A stretch of 62,482 bases of DNA, filler included, from Chthonomonadaceae bacterium (GTDB taxonomy: Bacteria > Armatimonadota > Chthonomonadetes > Chthonomonadales > Chthonomonadaceae), in the NCBI GenBank assembly GCA_035650735.1. It is 4 parts of 4 records of this genome, joined end to end, with 100 filler letters (N's around TTAATTAATTAA, not from the genome) between each part and the next. Parts side by side here need not be neighbours in the genome. Positions count along the whole stretch, not along the records: positions 43,374 to 57,791 come from DASRGZ010000104.1; positions 57,892 to 62,482 come from DASRGZ010000121.1; 2 more parts are not named here. The stretch is one strand, 5' to 3'. Below the pieces are notes generated by a model. That model was not told where the DNA came from. It worked only from the letters and a program-made list of their open reading frames with translations, and searched no databases. Below, piece after piece: positions 49,973 through 62,482 of the stretch (position 1 is its first letter; each line of letters opens with the position of its first letter). A program made the position numbers and the translations under genes.

Positions 49973-50001
49973 TCCTCTCTCTGAGCGAAGCGAGGAACTT
50001 A

Positions 50002-50505
50002 ATGGAGATTCGCATCATCGAGCGCGAGGGCCTTCCGGAAGCCATTGAAGCCGTCACCCAGACTTTCTTTTCGGGCAATCGGGCTGAGGTGGAACGGCAC
50101 TTTGAAGGCCATGCGGAGGGCAACAGTTCCACGCTCCTGGGCTACGATAACGGTGAACTGGTAGGTATCCTGACAATCCGCTGGGACTGCCGCTATCCTC
50201 CCTTCCGTGCGGTGGGAATCCCCTTCATTCACTACATCGAGATTAAGTGGGAGCGGCGTGGTCAGGGGTTGGGCAATCAACTCATGGAGTACGCCGAGCG
50301 GTTTGCGGCGCAGCGCGTGGGGCGTATTGGTATCTGCGTGGGCATCTTCGATGCCTATGGCCCGGCGCAGCGGCTGTATATCAAGCGCGGCTTTGTGCCG
50401 GATGGCCGTGGCGTCTGCCAGGGACACAGGCCGCTCCATGAGGGAGAGACCGTGGTCGTGGATCACGACCTGCTGCTGTGGCTGGTAAAGGATTTATCTG
50501 CCTGA
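50002..50505 (+). CDS. GNAT family N-acetyltransferase
   Basis: RRGQGLGNQLM, YGPAQRLYIKRGFVPDG. Confidence 0.88.
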   Translation: MEIRIIEREGLPEAIEAVTQTFFSGNRAEVERHFEGHAEGNSSTLLGYDNGELVGILTIRWDCRYPPFRAVGIPFIHYIEIKWERRGQGLGNQLMEYAERFAAQRVGRIGICVGIFDAYGPAQRLYIKRGFVPDGRGVCQGHRPLHEGETVVVDHDLLLWLVKDLSA

Positions 50506-50765
50506 CCTATCCCATGCTCTTACGGGGCTTACGCCCGCTTCTTTTGCCGTAAACCTCTCATGCTTCCTCTGGGGAGTGTCTCCCCTCTTGCCGGATTTCG
50601 ATTTCTTCCTCCTCTTTTTCCAGGTTTCTGCTCCTCCGTTGAGTGAAGCAGAAACCATGCCGCTCACAGCGGCTAGATGCCTTACCTGGATGCATTACAT
50701 CGCCTGGGTTCTGGTATATCTGGGCCACGACAGCCCTATGGCGCCCGGCTAGAAGGAGCGATCCC

Positions 50766-51164
50766 GTGCAGAAGATCACCCCCTTTTTCCTGTTCGAAGG
50801 CACCGCCGAAGAAGCCATCCACTTCTATCTATCGTTATTCGCGGAGTCAACCATTCTGAGCCTCTCACGTTATGAGCAAAACGAAGAGGGGCCAGCAGGA
50901 AGCGTACGTCATGCACTCTTCTCCCTCAACGGGCAAGAGTTCATGGCCATTGATAGCGCCGTCAGACATGAGTTTACCTTCACGCCCGCCCTGTCCCTGC
51001 ATGTTCGATGCGAGACGGAGGCGGAGTGGGATCGGCTATACGCGGCCTTGACGGAAGGGGGACAAATCCTCATGCCGCTGGACGCTTACCCCTTCAGCCG
51101 AAAGTATGCGTGGGTGAACGATAAGTACGGAGTTTCTTGGCAGCTAAACCTCGCAGACGGGTAA
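50766..51164 (+). CDS. VOC/PhnB-like protein
   Basis: QKITPFFLFEGTAEEA, FTFTPALSL, MPLDAYPFS..YAWVNDKYGVSWQL; GTG start after AAGGAG. Confidence 0.9.
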   Translation: MQKITPFFLFEGTAEEAIHFYLSLFAESTILSLSRYEQNEEGPAGSVRHALFSLNGQEFMAIDSAVRHEFTFTPALSLHVRCETEAEWDRLYAALTEGGQILMPLDAYPFSRKYAWVNDKYGVSWQLNLADG

Positions 51165-51283
51165 GGAAAGGCTCGCGCGATGGTCTCTACGGTATCCTTT
51201 GTGATCTGCTATCACTGAAGTCGCCAATGGTATCCGTACTTGTGCGGCGAGAAGGGGATGAGGATCACGAAGGGCCGGGGAGG

Positions 51284-52645
51284 TCAGGCCGAACGCATAC
51301 GCTGCTGTAACTGCGCTTGCAGCTGCAAAATGCGCTCGGAGAAACGAACCGGATAGGGCGCGGGCGGTGTCTCCAGGCCCCGTATCGGCTCCGGGAGCTG
51401 CGCGATAGCCTCGCGGGCGTGCCGCTGAATATCCCTGAGATCGGGCAGTGAACCGACACGCCGGCCTCCCTGGAGGATGGGCACAAGCAGCGGCGCGGCG
51501 TCCGGGGCGGGGGACGGCTCATCGTAGAGCGTGATGATGTCGCCGGCAGCCACGCCGTCCTGGCCCGTTCGTCGCCATACCTGCTTCTGGCCGGGATAGG
51601 TCTGCTTGGCCTGGCTGGTCTTGATCTTAAACTCGCGCTGGCCGTCGTGGCGCAATTCGGCCAGCTTATAGACGCCTCCCAGCGCGGGCGCATCGCGCAC
51701 CGTCGTTACATCCGTACCGACGCCAAAGGAGTCGATGGGAGCGTTCTGGGCGGCAAGATCGGCGATGAGCCGCTCGTTGAGGTCGCCGCTGGCGAAAATC
51801 TGCGCGGAAGTAAAACCGGCCTCGTCGAGGATTCGGCGCACGTCACGCGAAAGCGCCGCAAGGTCGCCGCTGTCGAGCCGCACGCCCCTAATCTCGCCGG
51901 GCTGAAAGAGCCTGGTAATGTCGCGGGCCGCGCGCAGGGTGTCATAGGTATCTATGAGCAGAATGGCATTGTGCGGGAAGAGGCGCTGGTAAGCGCGAAA
52001 GGCGTCCCCCTCCTGCGCGAAGGACATCACCCAGGAGTGGGCGATGGTGCCGTAGACCGACAGGCCATAGCGCAGCCCTGCCTCCATGTAGGAAGTGCCG
52101 ACACAGCCGCCCAGGCACGCGGCGCGGGCCGCTCTCAACGCCGCTTCCGGGCCGGGAGCGCGCCGCGCGCCAAACTCGACGACGCTGCGCCCCTGTGCCG
52201 CCGTCACCACGCGCGCCGCCTTGGAGGCGACCGACGTGGGATAGTTGATGAGCATGAGCAAGGCCGTCTCGACGATCTGGGCCTGGAGGATGGGCGCCAC
52301 GACCGTCAGCAGCGGCTCTTCGGCAAAGACAGGCGTGCCTTCCGGGATCGCCCACAGATCGCCCGTGAACCGGAGCGCCGCCAGAAAATCGAAAAAGCCG
52401 GACGGTATGGAGGCGAAGACGGGCAGGCCGCGCAGGTAGGCGATCTCTTCGGCGGTAAAGTGGAAATTTTCCAGGTAGGCGACGACGTCCTCCAGCCCGG
52501 CAGCCAGCAGATAGTTGCGGTCGCGCGGCAGATGGCGCACGAAAAGCTCAAAGGCGGCCTCTTCCTGGCGCCCTTCGGCCCAGTAGCCTGCCGCCATAGT
52601 CAGCTCATAGAGATCGGTTGCCAGGGCGGGCGTAATGGGGATCAT
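51284..52645 (-). CDS. pncB: Nicotinate phosphoribosyltransferase
   Basis: TDLYELTM, EFGARR, GTIAHS, LIDTYDT, GVRLDSGD, LGGVYKL. Confidence 0.95.
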   Translation of the reverse strand: MIPITPALATDLYELTMAAGYWAEGRQEEAAFELFVRHLPRDRNYLLAAGLEDVVAYLENFHFTAEEIAYLRGLPVFASIPSGFFDFLAALRFTGDLWAIPEGTPVFAEEPLLTVVAPILQAQIVETALLMLINYPTSVASKAARVVTAAQGRSVVEFGARRAPGPEAALRAARAACLGGCVGTSYMEAGLRYGLSVYGTIAHSWVMSFAQEGDAFRAYQRLFPHNAILLIDTYDTLRAARDITRLFQPGEIRGVRLDSGDLAALSRDVRRILDEAGFTSAQIFASGDLNERLIADLAAQNAPIDSFGVGTDVTTVRDAPALGGVYKLAELRHDGQREFKIKTSQAKQTYPGQKQVWRRTGQDGVAAGDIITLYDEPSPAPDAAPLLVPILQGGRRVGSLPDLRDIQRHAREAIAQLPEPIRGLETPPAPYPVRFSERILQLQAQLQQRMRSA

Positions 52646-52731
52646 AGCCGGGTCTTTCCTGCAAGCTGAGATTGACCCTACAATTTCGCATTCGCTGGCT
52701 GCACTCCTGCCGATTTTAGCGGCAAAACTTG

Positions 52732-52952
52732 ACCTAACCCCCCGTCCCCCTTCCCTATAAGGGAAGGGAGGGACCCGACCGGAGATGGTTCTGGCCCACC
52801 TCCGGTCCCTCACCTTTTCAAGGAGAGGGGAGCAGCCCTAGTTCCTAGGTTCTTCCCTTCTCCCTGCAAGGGAGAAGGGAGAGCAGAAGCCGGGTCCCCC
52901 CTTCCCTGTGAGCATAGCGAACGTAGCAGGGAAGGGGGCCGGGGGGTTAGGT
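52732..52952. repeat. Composite palindromic repeat element (intergenic copy)
   Basis: Terminal inverted repeats ACCTAACCCCCCG.CCCCCTTCCCT / AGGGAAGGGGG.CGGGGGGTTAGGT with internal hairpins; related to 56640-56872 and 57548-57642. Confidence 0.85.
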
Positions 52953-52965
52953 AAGAAACCCGGCT

Positions 52966-53799
52966 TCAGCCGCCCGAAATGAGAACGCGAAGGCGTTCTC
53001 GCTGCGGGGAGGCCATCGGCATAAACTCGCAGCCCAGGCGCACGCCCAGACCACCGCGCGCCGCCATTTTCCTGCTCGTGCCGATGCGGGCCAGCAAGGG
53101 TGTCTCCGCCAGGGCAGGCAGCGGCAGGCGCACGCGCAGTACCGTTCCCGGCGCAAAAAGCTCTGTCAGCGCGGAAGCCTGGCTTGCGCTGAGGCCCTCC
53201 TGCACTTCCGCGCAAAAGCCTCCCTCTGAAAGATCGATGATCGTGCCGGAGAGCGGGCTGCTCCGGGCCGTCTGGAGCGCCCGTACCTGGTCCTCGCGCT
53301 CCAGTGCGGCGGGCCATTTTACGGGGAAACGCGGCCAGCGCCGCCGCTGAATACGCGTTATCCAGCGCGGGCGCGCTATCGTTAGAAGGTGCGTCTGCGG
53401 GAGCCGGGCGTCGGATTCGAGAGCGCGCACCGGCGTTGTAAAGCGATAGATCGCATCGGCGCCGGTGATCTCAACGGCTATGGCTGCGCCCGAAACGAGC
53501 CGTTCCGCAGCAGCACCTCGGCCCGGCCTCCGTTCCCCGTGCGGTTCCAGCGTCAGCGTTAGGGTCGCCTTCTCCAACGCGGAGATGTAGGCGGGCCATG
53601 CGCCGGTATCCGCGCTCTCCTGCGGCCAGACGCGCGCGACAGCGCCTACCTGTAGGATCTTCCGGCTCAGCACGATCTCGCTCGTGCCGCCTGCCGGGGT
53701 GTACCCGCTGCGCCGCAATCGCCGCTCAAATCCCCACAGACCGGCCAGCGCTATTCCGGCCGGGAGCGCTCCCCAACCCAACCATGCCATCCCCTGCAT
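52966..53799 (-). CDS. YcgR-like PilZ-domain protein with N-terminal TM helix
   Basis: QRRRWPR and DLSEGG c-di-GMP-binding motifs; YcgR-N-like YRFTT.V segment. Confidence 0.85.
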   Translation of the reverse strand: MQGMAWLGWGALPAGIALAGLWGFERRLRRSGYTPAGGTSEIVLSRKILQVGAVARVWPQESADTGAWPAYISALEKATLTLTLEPHGERRPGRGAAAERLVSGAAIAVEITGADAIYRFTTPVRALESDARLPQTHLLTIARPRWITRIQRRRWPRFPVKWPAALEREDQVRALQTARSSPLSGTIIDLSEGGFCAEVQEGLSASQASALTELFAPGTVLRVRLPLPALAETPLLARIGTSRKMAARGGLGVRLGCEFMPMASPQRERLRVLISGG

Positions 53800-53962
53800 A
53801 CTGCCTACCCCCTTAAGGCGGGGACAACCGGCTGTCGTTTCTGGAGGCGGCATTCCCCAGCCGCCTCTACCGGTATCCCCACTTTGCGGTACGCATACGC
53901 TGTGCCAATGGCAGCGCCCTGGAGGGCTATGCCTGGCGTTCCGGCAACAAAACCGGTCGGAA

Positions 53963-54364
53963 TCAGGAGGCGGCGTGCGCAGCCTTGCCGTTACCGCTGG
54001 CGAGTGCGGCACGCCGAGAGGCCGAGGTCTGTTTGCGGATCAGATCCGAGACGGCCACCAGCACCACATAACGCAGGCGGAACTCGTGCTCCATGCCGGG
54101 CGCGCTGGTGCGTTTGGCGTCGCCGTTGAGCGTGGCGCGCATCCGATCCCGCGTCTCCAAATGGCGGCAGGCTATCTCTTCCGGCAGGGAATCTAGATCC
54201 ACATCCACGGCGGCCTGCGCGGTCGGACCATCGCCATAGATCTTAAACACGGTTCCTCGTAAGCCACGATAGAAGTTATAGTACAGCCCGGTTCTGGCAT
54301 CCGCGACTGTCGGAGCGCGGTCCACAATCTGCACTCGATCACCTTCCTTGAGCATGGCAACCAT
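53963..54364 (-). CDS. Hypothetical protein (KOW/SH3-like N-terminus)
   Basis: GGAGG RBS; LKEGDRVQIV...FYRGLRGTV pattern. Confidence 0.7.
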   Translation of the reverse strand: MVAMLKEGDRVQIVDRAPTVADARTGLYYNFYRGLRGTVFKIYGDGPTAQAAVDVDLDSLPEEIACRHLETRDRMRATLNGDAKRTSAPGMEHEFRLRYVVLVAVSDLIRKQTSASRRAALASGNGKAAHAAS

Positions 54365-54473
54365 CCTCCCTATTGCGCCACTAAGTGATTACATATAGGC
54401 GCTATTTTGTCTACTATTATAGCAAAGCTCGGCCTTCCTGGCAAGCGTTTTTTGGAGGACAGCCTACAATTTT

Positions 54474-57705
<3,232 letters not shown>

Positions 57706-57791
57706 GCCTCGCTAGGCGGAGGGCTGTCGCAAGGCAGAGCCGTGTCGCAAGGTGTCGCTAGGCGGAGCCGGAGGCCGTAACTCCGGCGACC

Positions 57792-57891
57792 NNNNNNNNN
57801 NNNNNNNNNNNNNNNNNNNNNNNNNNNNNNNNNNNTTAATTAATTAANNNNNNNNNNNNNNNNNNNNNNNNNNNNNNNNNNNNNNNNNNNN
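57792..57891. other. Artificial contig linker
   Basis: N run + TTAATTAATTAA + N run. Confidence 0.97.
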
Positions 57892-58031
57892 AAACGAGGT
57901 GCCCCCAAGCAGGGGCTGCCTCGGTCTCAGGCAGGGCCAGGCAGGCTCGGTGGAAGGCGAACTCGCTCGACTTGCATTTCTTAGGCACGCCGCAAGCGTT
58001 CGTCCTGAGCCAGGATCAAACTCTCCATCAG
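57892..58031 (-). rRNA. rrs: 16S rRNA gene, 5' fragment truncated by contig end
   Basis: AGAGTTTGATCCTGGCTCAGGACGAACGCTTGCGGCGTGCCTAAGAAATGCAAGTCGAGCG on the minus strand (27F site at 58005-58024). Confidence 0.95.
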
Positions 58032-58201
58032 AATAAATCTGACGAAACCTTACCCGTCCGAAGACAGGTAGGTGAGAAAACAAAGTTATCCCTGGCCCAT
58101 CGTCACCAAACTATGTTCGTGACGCAAAGTTCTTTATGGCACGCGATGCGAAACTCACAGGCTCTACCAAAGTAAAGCCTGCACAAAACGTCACACGCGA
58201 C

Positions 58202-58213
58202 TCTCAAGGATCA
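58202..58213 (-). promoter_or_regulatory. boxA-like antitermination element in the rRNA leader
   Basis: TGATCCTTGAGA between the rRNA promoter and the 16S start. Confidence 0.45.
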
Positions 58214-58350
58214 GAAGCTTAGACCGACGTTCCAACGCTGGGAGCGTCCGTCCGGCCCACGCAAGAACTCCGCGTTTCAAACAGGTGAGCTATATTACAC
58301 CAACACACCAACACGGAGGTTTCAAACGGGGTCTCTCGCGAGGCCTAGAT

Positions 58351-58379
58351 ATTATACTACCAGTTTGCCGCACTGTCAA
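58351..58379 (-). promoter_or_regulatory. rRNA promoter (proximal)
   Basis: Perfect TTGACA-17 nt-TATAAT. Confidence 0.85.
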
Positions 58380-58468
58380 GGGCATTCTCGAAAGAATTTT
58401 GAGCCTTTCAATTCCACGCTGGTTCGATCATCAGGTCGGCGCACCGTCGTATAAATCAAAGCCTGCAT

Positions 58469-58498
58469 AATATACACGCTTCTTCTTTACGAAGTCAA
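58469..58498 (-). promoter_or_regulatory. rRNA promoter (distal, tandem)
   Basis: TTGACT-18 nt-TATATT about 120 bp upstream of the proximal promoter. Confidence 0.55.
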
Positions 58499-58529
58499 GG
58501 GCATTTTCGCAAAATTATGTGCTTTGTCC

Positions 58530-59945
58530 TTACGGCGCTGATCCTGCCGACAGGTCCACCCAGAAGGTCTCGCCGGCTGCGTCCGCCAGCGCCACCCGGA
58601 CGACCATTCTCGCGCCCCCCACGGGATAGACCGGGCTGACTTCCGCCAGTGAGGGACAGCGGCGTGTGCGCGCCGACCACCACTGCGGACGAAACGGTCT
58701 GGCCTGCTCGGTATCGCTTTCCATGGGGCTATCGCGCCATTCCACAGCCCACATATCCACCCACGACGCCGCCTCTGCCGCCAGCCGCACGCGCGCGCCG
58801 CCCTCAGACTGCTCCAGGCAAACGGCGCTCCTTCGCGCCGCCATAGCCTGTTGCGCCGGCCTGGCCTGTTCCTCCACAGGCATCTGTGCGCGCTCCACCA
58901 CAAAATGCGCGCCCTCCAGCCTTTCCAGCAGTCGCTTACGCGCCGTATGGATTGCCAGTGCGCCCGCGTCACAGCCGATCCACTGCCGCTCCAGCCGCGC
59001 CGCTACCGCCAGCGTCGTGCCGCTGCCACAGCAGAAATCCGCGATAAGGTCGCCCGGATTGGAGGAGGCCAGCAGGATACGCTCCAGCAGCGCCTCCGGC
59101 TTCTGGGTTGGATAGCCGGTTCGAGTGTGGCTTGCCTGGTTCTCAATATCAATCTGCCAGTAGTCCACCGGCAGCGTTCCCTCGCCCAGATAGTGCCGAT
59201 AGGTCAGACCGGGAAACTGCGTCTCGTACTGCGGCGGCAGATCACGCCGCGAACGCAGCGGGCTATTGGCGATCCCCCGTCCCATCAACCGGTACGGCCC
59301 CTTCCCATCGCGCAGCCGATACTTCTTTACATGCGATTCCGCGTAGGGCTCCCGCACCGCCTCATAGTTAAACGTAAAATGTTTGCCCTTGCTATAGAAG
59401 AGAAGGGTATCGTGCTTGCGGTTCCAGCGCTTCTTGGAGTTGATGGCTTCCCGATAACACCATATAATCTCGTTCTGAAAATGCTCCGGCCCAAAAATCT
59501 CATCCAGCAGCAGCTTGACGTAATGGGCCGCGTGCCAGCTTAGATGCACATAGAGACTGCCATCCTCCGCCAGCAGTTCCCTCGCCAGCGCCAGCCGGTC
59601 ATACAGCCATTGCATATAGGCTCCCAGGTCGCCGTCCCAATCATCCGTAAACGCCGGCAGCCGCGTGCCTGCATTTCCCTCTTTCCTTTTCCCGACGCCC
59701 TGCGCCTGCCAGTTCGTGCCCGTAAAGAACGGCGGATCAAGGTAGATGAGAGCCATTCGCCTAGCCAGTTCCTCCCGCAGCGCCGCCATCACCGCCAGAT
59801 TGTCGCCATGAATAAGCCGGTTACACGCGCCCTTATGCCCGCTAGGATCGCCGTACTCCTCTATACGCTCAACCACGGGCAGCGGCTCAAACTCCGTCGC
59901 CGCCGGGCGCTTCCCCTCCCATACCAGCCGCACTCCATTCGCCAT
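58530..59945 (-). CDS. Beta-class N4/N6 DNA methyltransferase (Mod-like)
   Basis: LIHGDNL, LIYLDPPF (motif IV), NEIIW, YPTQKPEALLERI, DFCCGSGTT (motif I). Confidence 0.93.
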   Translation of the reverse strand: MANGVRLVWEGKRPAATEFEPLPVVERIEEYGDPSGHKGACNRLIHGDNLAVMAALREELARRMALIYLDPPFFTGTNWQAQGVGKRKEGNAGTRLPAFTDDWDGDLGAYMQWLYDRLALARELLAEDGSLYVHLSWHAAHYVKLLLDEIFGPEHFQNEIIWCYREAINSKKRWNRKHDTLLFYSKGKHFTFNYEAVREPYAESHVKKYRLRDGKGPYRLMGRGIANSPLRSRRDLPPQYETQFPGLTYRHYLGEGTLPVDYWQIDIENQASHTRTGYPTQKPEALLERILLASSNPGDLIADFCCGSGTTLAVAARLERQWIGCDAGALAIHTARKRLLERLEGAHFVVERAQMPVEEQARPAQQAMAARRSAVCLEQSEGGARVRLAAEAASWVDMWAVEWRDSPMESDTEQARPFRPQWWSARTRRCPSLAEVSPVYPVGGARMVVRVALADAAGETFWVDLSAGSAP

Positions 59946-60195
59946 CTATAACAACCTCAATCTCTTCTTGAGAGAAATCCTCAAAGGCGATTTTCTATTT
60001 GCCCTTAAGCTTCGCTTGGTGCTTGAACACCCGCACCACGCGCACATCCGAAAGTCGCAAATGGGGCAGGGTTTTCACACGCCCTGTCGAATGTTAAAAT
60101 TAGCAACGGTACTATTCGCCCGCTACTTCAGAACTTCCTATGGCAAAGGAACAAACTCCGTCGCCGCCGGGCTATGTCACCTTCTGGAGACGCCA

Positions 60196-62325
60196 ATGAC
60201 CCCTTTGTTTTTCGCCGCGCTGCTGATCCTCGTCGGGATAGTCGGCCCTGCCGCCGCGCAGACCCGGATGGTCGCCTCGTTTGAAACCGAGGCCGATCTA
60301 CAGGCCGTCAAAGCCAACAGCACGCGCGTAACGCTTACCTCCGAACACGCCACCGAGGGCCAGCACGCCCTACAGATCGAGTACCTGCCTGCCGAATGGC
60401 CCAATATGGCCGTCGCCGCCGAGTCGTCCTGGGACTGGCGCGGCTTCGGCGGGCTGGCGCTGGACATCACCAATCCCGGCAGTGAGCCGGTGGAGTTCGG
60501 CGTGCGGGTAGACGACGACCCAAGCGCCAACGGCGTCGTCCACTGCCGGCAGGGAGCCGGTACCATTACGCCGGGCAAGACCGATACCTTCGTGCTGCCG
60601 CTCGGCCCTAACCCGATGGAGTACGGTATGCGCGGCCTGCCGACCGTGCCCGGAGTGCATAGCCTGGCGTCTCAGGCCGCCGGCCCGATCAACCTCGGCC
60701 ACATCGTCGCATTCCAGATATTCCTACACCGTCCGCCCGCTGCCAGAACGCTTCTGGTGGACAACATCCGCCTGATCCCCTATACCGTCTCTCTGGACGG
60801 CATTGTAGACGCTTACGGGCAGTACGCGAAGGCAGACTGGCCCGGCAAGCTCAAGGACGAAGCGGAGTTTGCAAAGCGCCGCGCGGCGGAGGCGGCGGAA
60901 CTCAAGGCGCATCCTACCCTGCCGGACCGGGATAAGTACGGCGGCTGGGCCTCTGGCCCGCAGCTTCCCGCGACCGGCTTTTTCCGCACCGAGAAGCGCG
61001 ACGGCAAGTGGTGGCTGGTCACGCCGGAAGGCCATCTCTTCTTCTCGCTGGGAATAGACTGCGTCGGCACGGAAAACGCCACCTTTATCACCGGACGCGA
61101 GAAGATGTTTACCTGGCTGCCGGAAGAGGGCAGCCCGCTGGCACGGCATCGCGGTTACGTGCGCAACGTCCACTCCGGCCCCGTCAAGGAGGGAGTGACC
61201 TTCAACTTCCTGACGGCCAATCTGGAGCGGAAGTACGGGCAGGACTACGAGAAGGCGTGGCGGGAGACGGCCCTGGCGCGGCTGCAAGCCTGGGGCTTCA
61301 ACACCATCGGCAACTGGTCGGACGAGACGCTCTACCGGAACGGGCGCATTCCCTACGTGGCGACCGCGCACATCAACGGCGACCACGCCCGCCTCAGCAG
61401 CGGCTCGGACTACTGGGGCAAGATGCACGACCCGTTCGACCCGCGCTTCGCCGTGAGCGTTGCCAACAGCCTGCGCCCTGTCGTCCAGAAGGTGAAGGGC
61501 GATCCCTGGTGCCTCGGCTACTTCGTGGATAACGAGCTAAGCTGGGGCGGGGGCGGCGAGGAGAACGGGCGGTACGGCCTGGCCTACGGCGCGCTGGCGG
61601 AGGAGGCATCCTCGCCCGCAAAGCAGGCGTTTCTGGCGCAGCTAAAGGCGAAGTACGGCGACATCGCCAAGCTGAATGCGGCCTGGGGAACCGATTTTGC
61701 CGCGTGGGACGCTCTGAACGCCGCCTACCGGCCTGCCGGACCGCTCTCGCCGGCGCTCAAGGCGGACATGGCCGCATTCGTCAAGAGCCTGGCCCGTCGC
61801 TACTTCCAGGTAATTCACGATACGCTGAAGCAGGCCGATTCCGACCACCTCTACCTGGGATGCCGCTTCGCCTGGCAGACTCCGGAAGCGGTGGAGGCGT
61901 CGGCGGAAATTTGCGACGTGGTCAGCTTTAACATCTATGCCCCGCGCGTGGACCCGGCCCGCTGGGCCTTCCTCAACGCCCTGAACAAGCCCTGCATCAT
62001 CGGTGAGTTCCACTTCGGCGCGCTGGACCGGGGTATGTTCCATACCGGCCTGGTCGCCACGCCCAACCAGCAGGCGCGGGCCGCGATGTATATGGACTAC
62101 GTGCGCAGCGTCCTCGACCATCCGGCGTTCGTGGGCTGCCACTGGTTCCAGTATCTCGATGAGCCGCTGACAGGCCGTACCTACGACGGCGAGAACTACA
62201 ACATCGGGTTCGTCAACGTCACGGATACGCCCTATCCGGAAATGGTCGCGGCGGCGAAGACGGTCCATGCCGAGGCGTACTCCCACCGCGCCGGGCAATC
62301 CGCCACTTCTGCCGCTGCAAAATGA
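60196..62325 (+). CDS. Secreted GH50-like (beta-agarase-like) glycoside hydrolase
   Basis: Signal peptide; CBM-like N-domain; WWLVTPEG, WGFNTIGNWS, YFVDNE, IIGEFHFGALDRG, DGENYNIG. Confidence 0.88.
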   Translation: MTPLFFAALLILVGIVGPAAAQTRMVASFETEADLQAVKANSTRVTLTSEHATEGQHALQIEYLPAEWPNMAVAAESSWDWRGFGGLALDITNPGSEPVEFGVRVDDDPSANGVVHCRQGAGTITPGKTDTFVLPLGPNPMEYGMRGLPTVPGVHSLASQAAGPINLGHIVAFQIFLHRPPAARTLLVDNIRLIPYTVSLDGIVDAYGQYAKADWPGKLKDEAEFAKRRAAEAAELKAHPTLPDRDKYGGWASGPQLPATGFFRTEKRDGKWWLVTPEGHLFFSLGIDCVGTENATFITGREKMFTWLPEEGSPLARHRGYVRNVHSGPVKEGVTFNFLTANLERKYGQDYEKAWRETALARLQAWGFNTIGNWSDETLYRNGRIPYVATAHINGDHARLSSGSDYWGKMHDPFDPRFAVSVANSLRPVVQKVKGDPWCLGYFVDNELSWGGGGEENGRYGLAYGALAEEASSPAKQAFLAQLKAKYGDIAKLNAAWGTDFAAWDALNAAYRPAGPLSPALKADMAAFVKSLARRYFQVIHDTLKQADSDHLYLGCRFAWQTPEAVEASAEICDVVSFNIYAPRVDPARWAFLNALNKPCIIGEFHFGALDRGMFHTGLVATPNQQARAAMYMDYVRSVLDHPAFVGCHWFQYLDEPLTGRTYDGENYNIGFVNVTDTPYPEMVAAAKTVHAEAYSHRAGQSATSAAAK

Positions 62326-62351
62326 CTTTGTGCCTACGGAGACCCGGCTGT

Positions 62352-62480
62352 GCCCGGCCCTAAAGGACCGGGCTGTGGGCGGCAAGCCCCCTGAAGGGGG
62401 CTAACCTTCCTTCTTATAGCTCCTATAGGGGGCTAACCCACCCCTCGTAGCCCGCTTGAGCGGGCTTGCCGTCCGCAGCC
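62352..62480. repeat. REP-like palindrome cluster
   Basis: GCCCGGCCCTAAAGGACCGGGC, AGCCCCCTGAAGGGGGCT and AGCCCGCTTGAGCGGGCT hairpins; GGCAAGCCC/GGGCTTGCC inverted pair. Confidence 0.65.
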
Positions 62481-62482
62481 CA

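Overview
GC-rich bacterial sequence made of four assembly pieces joined by artificial 100-bp N-TTAATTAATTAA-N linkers (23526-23625, 43274-43373, 57792-57891), so gene order across the linkers is not biological. The 16S 5' end and gene content suggest Armatimonadota (inference). Most of the window is housekeeping and metabolic genes: queF, folK, dGTPase, ppk2, trpD, trpC, pncB, ligA, ribokinase, two PilC/GspF paralogues, a sugar-catabolic cluster, a GH50-like hydrolase and an orphan DNA methyltransferase. Main points of interest: (1) three copies of an 82-bp MITE, each with IS1-like terminal inverted repeats and its own 8-bp target duplication, one inside a membrane-protein gene; (2) four tandem paralogous HEAT-repeat genes that all end in a triple 'LLR(A/P)' tail, one apparently starting at CTG; (3) a two-gene island encoding a MACPF-like domain fused to leucine-rich repeats; (4) an in-frame palindromic repeat element inside ligA with intergenic relatives nearby; (5) an attenuator-like leader peptide before a sigma-70-family gene; (6) an expanded V1 region in the 16S rRNA. 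Family assignments come from motif recognition by eye, not database searches.
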